From NCBI RefSeq assembly GCF_009914755.1, contig NC_060935.1: DNA of 64,000 bases. One strand, written 5' to 3'. The notes beneath the pieces were generated by a model. It ran no database searches. It was not told the origin of the DNA and saw only the letters and a list, made by a program, of their open reading frames with translations. The stretch's first letter is position 1. Every line of letters begins with the position of its first letter. Below are positions 56,301 to 64,000 of the stretch, piece by piece. The position numbers and the translations under genes were made by a program. This stretch comes from the human T2T-CHM13v2.0 reference genome, Homo sapiens.

Positions 56301-58394
56301 TAATATTTTCCCTGGAAGATTCTGACCTGTCTGATCAAATAAAGGCATTCCTCTGAGAGTATACCTAGCCCACTTGTGGCCAAATTATACTTGACTGTTA
56401 TGTACTCAAAACAAGCTTTCCTGTTAATCTCTTTCTCTTACCTCTATTATGAGGACAAGACGTGGAAGAATTAGGTCACCGGGGCATCTGCCATTGCATA
56501 TGTTTAAGTGGTATAAAGAAGCCAGGATTCCTAGAATGGTCTGTCTTTTGCCATTTCTGGGACAATGAGAAAATCCATCTGGAGTGTTTATGCCCCTCTG
56601 AATAGCCAAGTCATGGGCTTGTTTGCTTTCAGTCACTGCCTTCAGAAAAAGACAATTTTACAATGACTTACTTCTAATAATCACTGAAACAGCCTCATGA
56701 GGACATGCAAAACTGCTGTCTATCTTCAGACCTGGCCCATTGTCAAATGGCAGACTTGCAGAGCAAATAAGGGACCTGGCCTAGTTCACAAGGCAGTCAG
56801 AAGTGATCCAAAGTTCAGGCTCCCCCTCCCTTTTATCACTCCACCCTGCCTCTACTCCTCCGCCTCCTATTCTTCCGGCCTTTCCATCTGGAAACCATGA
56901 GCCTCATGGATTCCAGGCACAAATTCTCAGATTTCAGATGTTTGGGAAATTTCTCAGCTTGGGTCATTCTTCAAGAGTAAGAAATTGAATTTGTGAGAAA
57001 AAAAAACAGCTGAGACTGTTTCACAGAAGAGAAAATAAATAAGGTGTGGTGCGTATCCATCCTCTTCCCAACTCAGCTCCAAAACCACACACAATGTCTA
57101 ACTTCAAAAAGAGTATTTAGATCCCCCCTGGGAAGGAACAGAATGGAAAAACAATCTCCACTCATAAAAACACTTTTCTGCCTTCTACAGTATAAACACA
57201 ACTGGCATCAGATAATACAATGTAATTGATTTTATGTGTGTAATTGGGGAACAGAAGGGTCTCTAGAGGGTAGACCTAAGAGTAATGGAATGGAGTGAAA
57301 AGTAAAATTTAGACTAAATTGTTGGGAGGAAACTGTTAACATTGTGAACCACTTGACCCTAGTGTTGCATCTTCACAAAAAAGAGCAATGTGCCGTCTTC
57401 TGTCTTTGGAAAATGGGACAAGCTTGCTCCTGATACTAGGTTTTAGAAGCATACAGACTTGGTTTTAGTACTGGCTTTGTTCTTTACTAACTCTGAACAA
57501 TTAAATGAGCAGATGGTCTACAGGGCTTAGTACAGTGCCTGACACATAGTAAGCACTTAGAAATGGTAGCTTCTGACTGTTGTGCTGGAGTCCTGTTAGA
57601 GATTCAGTAGATGGAGCCACCTTCATGTTGCCCCTCACTGAGCTGCTCTGCTCACCTCTAGATGCTCCCCATGGCTGTTTCATAGCCCTCTGTACCACAT
57701 CCCCATGTACTTTTTCATATCAACGGTAAGTACCTCAAATTACCGTATGTATTTACTTGTTCATAAGGTTGATGTCTGTAACTCTTTGAAGGTTGTATTA
57801 GTCGTTTGCTCCTATATTACTAATGATGACAAAGTCGCCTGACAGAGTAGATGTTCAAATTTATGGACTTAAACTGACTGACATCTTGATAATGCCCATA
57901 TCCAGAGGTACTCCAGATATTATATCTTCATGCAGAAAACTGAAAGATACCTTTAGCTACATCTACCCCAGAATGAGTGTCCAAAGCAGGTGGCACCACC
58001 AAAAGGCACCTTCTTTTCCCATGAAAAGAGGGAAGAGAGTTGAGAAGCCTCACTCCCATCCCTGCTCTGCCACTGACAAGTTGTGTGGCATTTGGCACAT
58101 CATGTTCTCTCTCTACATGCGCCTAAAATGACGGGTAGGGTCAGAGACATTGGAGGATCTCTCTTTTCTCTTCCACCTCTAACACGGTAAGATCTTAGCA
58201 AAGTAAAAAGGACAGTGATAACAGAAAAATTGTTCCTCTAAGAGTCCCAAGTCATCTTTTTTCTCTCCGTGTGTGTTAGCATTTGTGTGTGTCTGTGGGT
58301 GTGTATGCATGTGTGTGGAAGCTATACAAGGAAAGCTGAATCCATATGTAGACTTCATGGAGACTAGTACTGCTCCAAATGTGCACAAGCCATG

Positions 58395-58796
58395 TGATAT
58401 GGTTTGCCTCTGTGTCCCCACCCAAATCTCATGTTGAAATGTAATCCCCAATGCTGGAGGTGGGACCTGGTGGGAAGATTGGATCATGGGGGAGTTTTCT
58501 CATGATTTAACAACATCCGCCCTTTGTTGTCATGATAGTGAGTTCTTGTGAGATCTGGTTGTTTAAAAATATGTGACACCTCCCCCCACCTTCCTTCTGC
58601 TCTGGCCATGTAAAGTGCTCACTCCCCCTTTGCCTTCCACCATGATTGTAAGTTTCCTGAAGCCTCCCTAGAAGCTGAGCAGATGCCAGCATCATGCTTG
58701 CTGTGCAGCCTGCAGAACTGTGAGCCAATTAAACCTCTTTATGAATTATGCAGTCTCAGGTGTTTCTTTATAGCAGTGAAAGAACGGACTAATACA
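58395..58796 (+). mobile_element. MSTA-type MaLR solo LTR
   Basis: Termini TGATATGGTTT...GGACTAATACA; 5-bp TSD CCATG/CCACG (58390-58394, 58797-58801); ATTAAA at 58728-58733. Confidence 0.93.
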
Positions 58797-61019
58797 CCAC
58801 GAAAAAAAAAAATGTACCACAGTCAAATAAACTGGGAAGCAAAACAGTGGGCCAAACAAAGTTAAATAGGTTTCTTCCCTGTAGAATTTCTGGGAGCTTT
58901 TAATATGTTCACGTGCATTGTAGAGCTTTCATGTAACAATTTTCTAGTTTTCTGGCAGTTCTGTGTAACAATTTTAGGAAACACTGATTTAGAGATGAAT
59001 CTAACTCTTCCTGAGTTAACTGTTGAGAGAACAAAGGCCCAAAGAGATTCAAGGATTTGCTTAAGGTCACCTGGCTATTGGGAAAGCTGAGTTCTCCATA
59101 TTTGACCACTGCATCCCAGAAGAGAATGTCTGTTTAGTGACTCAAGAGCCCACATTAGAACATTCTAGGAGACATCCCAAGGTTTCTCCCTTGATTCTAA
59201 AGGGAAGAGTTTGATAGGCTGCAATTCTCTGTCTCAGGACTTGCACAGACATTAACGTTCAGCATAGTGCAAGCTTCTTTGTCAGTGTGGTGCCGTCGGT
59301 AATATGGGGTGCAGCGCTGACAAGCTATGGTTCTCTCTCTCTTCCTCTCTCTCTCTCTCTTCTTTCCTCCCTCCCTCCTGGTTCTCTTTTCCAGGTTACA
59401 TTCCAGGCTCACTATTGTCATACTCTTGAGTGATAGTAAAGAATAAAACAGCACTGACCTGCTTGATTAAGATCTCTACCGCATCGATATACTGATCACC
59501 AGGGTATTCAGGTGCCCAGTAAGCCTTGTGCATGGGAAGCCTCTTGACTCAAACGAATGGTGACTGGGAAACTGAGGTGGAAGGCCACTAAAGGTGGCAG
59601 TTTGTATCTGGCCTCTTAACAGTGTTCACCATGAAACATTCTCAAATGCCTTCCCTGATATGTTAGCCTGAGGCATCAGAGGAACCGTCAGGTGCCTTGT
59701 GGGGCTATCAGTGTGTGACAGGCAGCAACATGGGGGTGGGAGGTGTAGTAAGAGTAGGTGTGTGTGTGCAACACCAGAGGGAAATATAGGCATATCAGGA
59801 AGAATAATGACTTGGCACCCCTCCAAACTGCTATTGTTTAGATATTAGGTCAACATTTATTTAGAGAAGATGGAGGCAGGTGTGGGGTAGGGAGCTGGAG
59901 TCTGTGTCCCCACCTGCTTACCACACTCACAGAAATAAAAGCCCGGGCCCTCTTTTTAGAAGACCATTTAGGGACCATCTGTTGTTATTCCAGCCTAACC
60001 TTTTTGGGGTCTCACCCTATCCACTTCCAAATGGCTTTCAAATTATTTCTTCCAATCCCATACAATTACCTCCCTGAAAGGAGTTCTTGGAAGTGCAGTT
60101 TTGTCCATCTCATTAGTGAGGTTTTTGCAGCACTGCAACCCCCTCCCCCAACAAACTGGTCATATGTTGTGTGTGTGGTGATCAGGCTGGTGATTTAGTG
60201 AGGAGCCCACTCCTCATCTAGAAAGTATGCGTGACACCCAGATCACAACACTCCCCATGTGGTCACCGGCTGTCTCGTACAGAGTTCATGAACTTCCAAG
60301 TAAGAAGAGACACAAGAGTGGTATTTTCTTAGGAGATTATTAGACCCACCAGAAGGTAACAAGAGCATTTAGCAATGATAAAGAATAAATATCCCCACTT
60401 ACTGGGGCAGCTCTCTTTCCTGTCTCTTCCTCATCCCTTTCCTCAGCTTCCTCCTACTCCTCTCCCAGAAATAAAGGAGCTTCATCTAGAAGAGCTCATG
60501 GACAACAAACATGCCTGGAAAAAGCTATTGCCTGATTGGCTCCCAGTTTTCATTGTGATGTTTCACACCTATCAAGTGACTTTGTTTTTAGAAATGCACA
60601 ACCAAAGTATGGCCTTGAATTGGATCAACCCACCATCTCACTTCACAATACTCAGCCTAACATGACAAAACCACCAAGACAACCAGTTAATTTAACTGGA
60701 AAAAAAATCAGTTCAGCCAGTTGTTTGGCAGAGGTTAAGTAGAACTGTGTTGATTGAATTATGCATTTTAAAAGGAGGTTGCATAGGTACAGCTGAAGTG
60801 AAATCCTTTTGTGACCTTGAACTTGGATTTTTATATCAACATCAAAGATTTATTAATGAAGGCTCAAGATTTCCAATAAAAACTTTTCCAATTAAATGTT
60901 TCCAGTTGTCTTCCTTTCCCAGGTGAAGTGGCCAACTTCACTAAGCCCAGTGGCTGCCTTTTGCCCAAGCTCTCTATTCTTGAAATAGAGGTAAGTTGTC
61001 TTTGAGTGAATAATGGGAG

Positions 61020-61245
61020 GCATTCTAGATCAGAATGCCTGGGTCTGGCATTTACTAAGTCATTTTAAACCAGTAACTTATATGCCCTTTGCCTCCATTT
61101 CCTCATCTCCAAAATAGAACTTGCCACACTGGGTTGATAAGAGGATCAAATAAGATAATGGGTGAAAAGTGCTTAAAACCGTACCTGGCAAATAGTAAGT
61201 TATCAAGAAATGAAATAGTTATCAATATTAGCATCATTATCATAA
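61020..61245 (+). mobile_element. MIR SINE
   Basis: gcctccatttcctcatc...gaggatcaaataagataatg...aaagtgcttaaaacc. Confidence 0.75.
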
Positions 61246-62376
61246 CTTGATTGGTGTAGTAATAAAACAGGTTATTGGATAGGAAATTTGGTGGTATCCA
61301 ACCCCATTTTTAGAAATCTTCCTGAAAGAAATATGACATAGGTACAAAGCTTTTTGCATAAGAATGATCATGTAGCATTGCTTTTAAGGGCAAAAAATGT
61401 GGTAATGACGTCAGTATTCATTAATAGGGGACGGGCTAAGTGTCTGAGGATCTGTCCTTGTAGAAGAACACTCTCCAGAAAATCAAGGTTAGGTTTGTCT
61501 CTGCTGACTCAGCCCAGCAAACAGTGCTTCCGAAAATCACTGAGGCCTCCAAGTTCAGATTGGCAATCACAACTTTCCTTCCTGCAATCACAGAACATTC
61601 TCTGGGAAGCTAATCAGGATGACTTATCTTTAACTGGGAAGAGTGGATTTGTGTCACTCCAGCCAAACTCTGAAGAGGCACAAGCCCTAATGAGGAAGAG
61701 ATCAAGGAACATTGTTGAACGATACCCTGGTTCTCAGTATAATCCCATCTCACGACTGTGACCTTCAAGTCATAGGGCCAGTAGAGTAGGTCAAATGAGT
61801 TAAAACCCTAACTTTTGGACTTTGATAACCTTCCTTAGAGCTCTCTACTGTGAGAAGAAAAGGTCATCTGCTAGGCCATGTTCAAGCAAAGAAAAGTGGG
61901 ATTTTTCCCATCTCTCATGATTCCCCAATCCCAATCCTTTAGGGTTTACCTATTCATGTTAACCAAAAACACTGAGTTGGAAGTGGAGCCAAGCCCCTTA
62001 CCACTTTACCACTCCCTAACCTCATTCCTGTTATGTCTGATTTCTACCAAACAGGAGCATTAACCGAGATCCCTTTCCCCAAAACAAAAGCTTTGCCCAT
62101 TTGAGGCTCTTGTTTTGTTTGGGCCCTTCTTGCTATCCTTCTCTTGTTCTGTGCTTCGTTTTCTCTGGGCCCCATTCATTCCAGTTTCACGAGAGAAGAG
62201 GAGAAAGTACAGACCACAAGAAGGAAAAGCATTGTAATTCTGGTTGCTTTTTTACCCACAGTCGACGACTCCTATGGTAGCAGCCGCATCACGTGTATCA
62301 TTGAGCGCTCCATCGTGCCCTTGACCCTTCCTAGTCCCGGCTCCTTGTCTTGGAGCAACAAAATGAAAAAGCTGAA

Positions 62377-62673
<297 letters not shown>

Positions 62674-62696
62674 AAAAAGCTGAGGCGAACGCCTCT

Positions 62697-62710
62697 GCGC
62701 CCCCTAGAGG
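62697..62710 (-). promoter_or_regulatory. CTCF binding motif
   Basis: Minus strand CCTCTAGGGGGCGC versus consensus CCASYAGRKGGCRS (one tolerated mismatch); neighbouring CpGs retained. Confidence 0.75.
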
Positions 62711-64000
62711 TTGGAGAGTGCAACCAACAATGAGTGTGAACACATGGAAAAGCTCAGTGCCAGCCTCCAAGCTGTTAGCAATGAAGAGGGAGCTTGTGGG
62801 GCAGGCTGATCCAAGTCCCAACCGCCCTGAAGGGAGATTATAATCCCCAGTTCCTCCTCAAGAACTTCTCCATTGTAAGGCAAATCCCACTTTTCTTCTT
62901 GCTCCCATATTGGCACCTAGATATCAAGGGAGGCAAAACCAAATCCTTGGCGTCTCAGCTCTGCTTTTGTAAACCAATTTCCCCACTAATAAGAATCGGA
63001 GATTGTGTTTCCCCGTGCAGTGCCAGACCAGGCCAGCAGGGGTCTAACATTAGTTGCTTTTAACCTACAATGACTGGCTCTCCACCGTAGTGGCTGAGTG
63101 AGTGAACTTGAAGTGAAGAGCTAATAGCCATGACTGGAGAAAACAGGTATAAATAGTGCATCCATTTTTGTAGTAAGACTAAAAACAGTCCAACCCACAG
63201 GATATCGATTTTCCTTATCCACAATGAAGTGCTTGGTTTAATACACTTTTCCTGTTTACTCTGAAAATGCATTCATAAAGAGAGCTATCTTAATCCAGGA
63301 TCTTGGACCATCCAGATTTCTGTCTGAAACAGTTCACTAATTGCTGTTTGGTCTCTAAAGAGGATGCCATGAGGACTAAAGATTATATAATAAAAAAGAC
63401 AATGTCTCAAAAAGCAAATGTCTCCAACTTATAGATGTCATAGTTTTAAAAACAAACAAAAAAACACATGAGTTTAGTATTTCTGGATCATTCTTAAGGT
63501 TGGTATTTGAAACTGTAAGCTCAAATCTTTACATTGTCCTTGAATATATTTTCACTGTGGCTATTAATTACAACAATGATTAAATACCTAAAAAACTATT
63601 GTACTTTCCAGTTTTCAGTCTTTTTACATACATTATCTCATGTGGTCCTTTAATACAAGAAAAAAATTAGTCTCATTTTATGGCCAATGAAATTGAGGCT
63701 CAGAGAGGTAAAGAATGTTGCCTGAGATCACACCACTAGTAGTAGCAGAGCTGGCAATTTTCCATGCCAAATGCAGCAATTAAAGTCCATGGGCATTACA
63801 GGACATTTACATATACAAACATTTATATAATGCAACCTTATTATGAATGGTATTTTTTCAGCAACTAACCTGATTTTACTTATTAATATCTATTTATATC
63901 TTGTTGCTATGATAGAATAATCATACTATAATTTCTTTAAATTAACGGAATGCATGCTTTTGATGAAGTGCACATTCCTTCACATAGCCCTCCCTGTTCT

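Noticed and set aside
57983-57997. Additional CTCF-like motifs (57983, 52474, 43489, 59585)
   Set aside because: Each has two or more mismatches at informative positions; too weak to call without ChIP data.

Overview
Human/primate genomic DNA, not prokaryotic. The only cellular coding sequence I can support is a 28-nt terminal coding segment at 47096-47123, (AG|)T GGT GCC AGT GAA GAA GAG GAC ACA TGA = SGASEEEDT*. I recognise this from memory as the C-terminus of TRIM44 (11p13, + strand). The window therefore holds the distal ~47 kb of the last TRIM44 intron, the terminal exon with a multi-kb 3'UTR and several poly(A) signals, and downstream flank. The intron is rich in retroelements: the 5' end of an L1PA3/4-type LINE, a 10-kb nest (old L1PA15/16 hosting a full THE1A provirus that contains an AluSg, plus a full-length dead L1PA5-type), solo MER4A and LTR12 LTRs, two more Alus, and many MIR/L2 relics. 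An MSTA LTR, a further Alu and a strong CTCF motif lie downstream. Nearly all ORFs in the supplied track are repeat-derived or chance. I see no new multi-gene system. The best leads are regulatory: L1 gene-breaking/antisense-promoter geometry around a gene whose last exon encodes only 9 residues, cryptic exons, alternative polyadenylation gating miRNA sites, and young template-switch scars. Repeat subfamily calls come from remembered diagnostic motifs and need RepeatMasker/Dfam confirmation.
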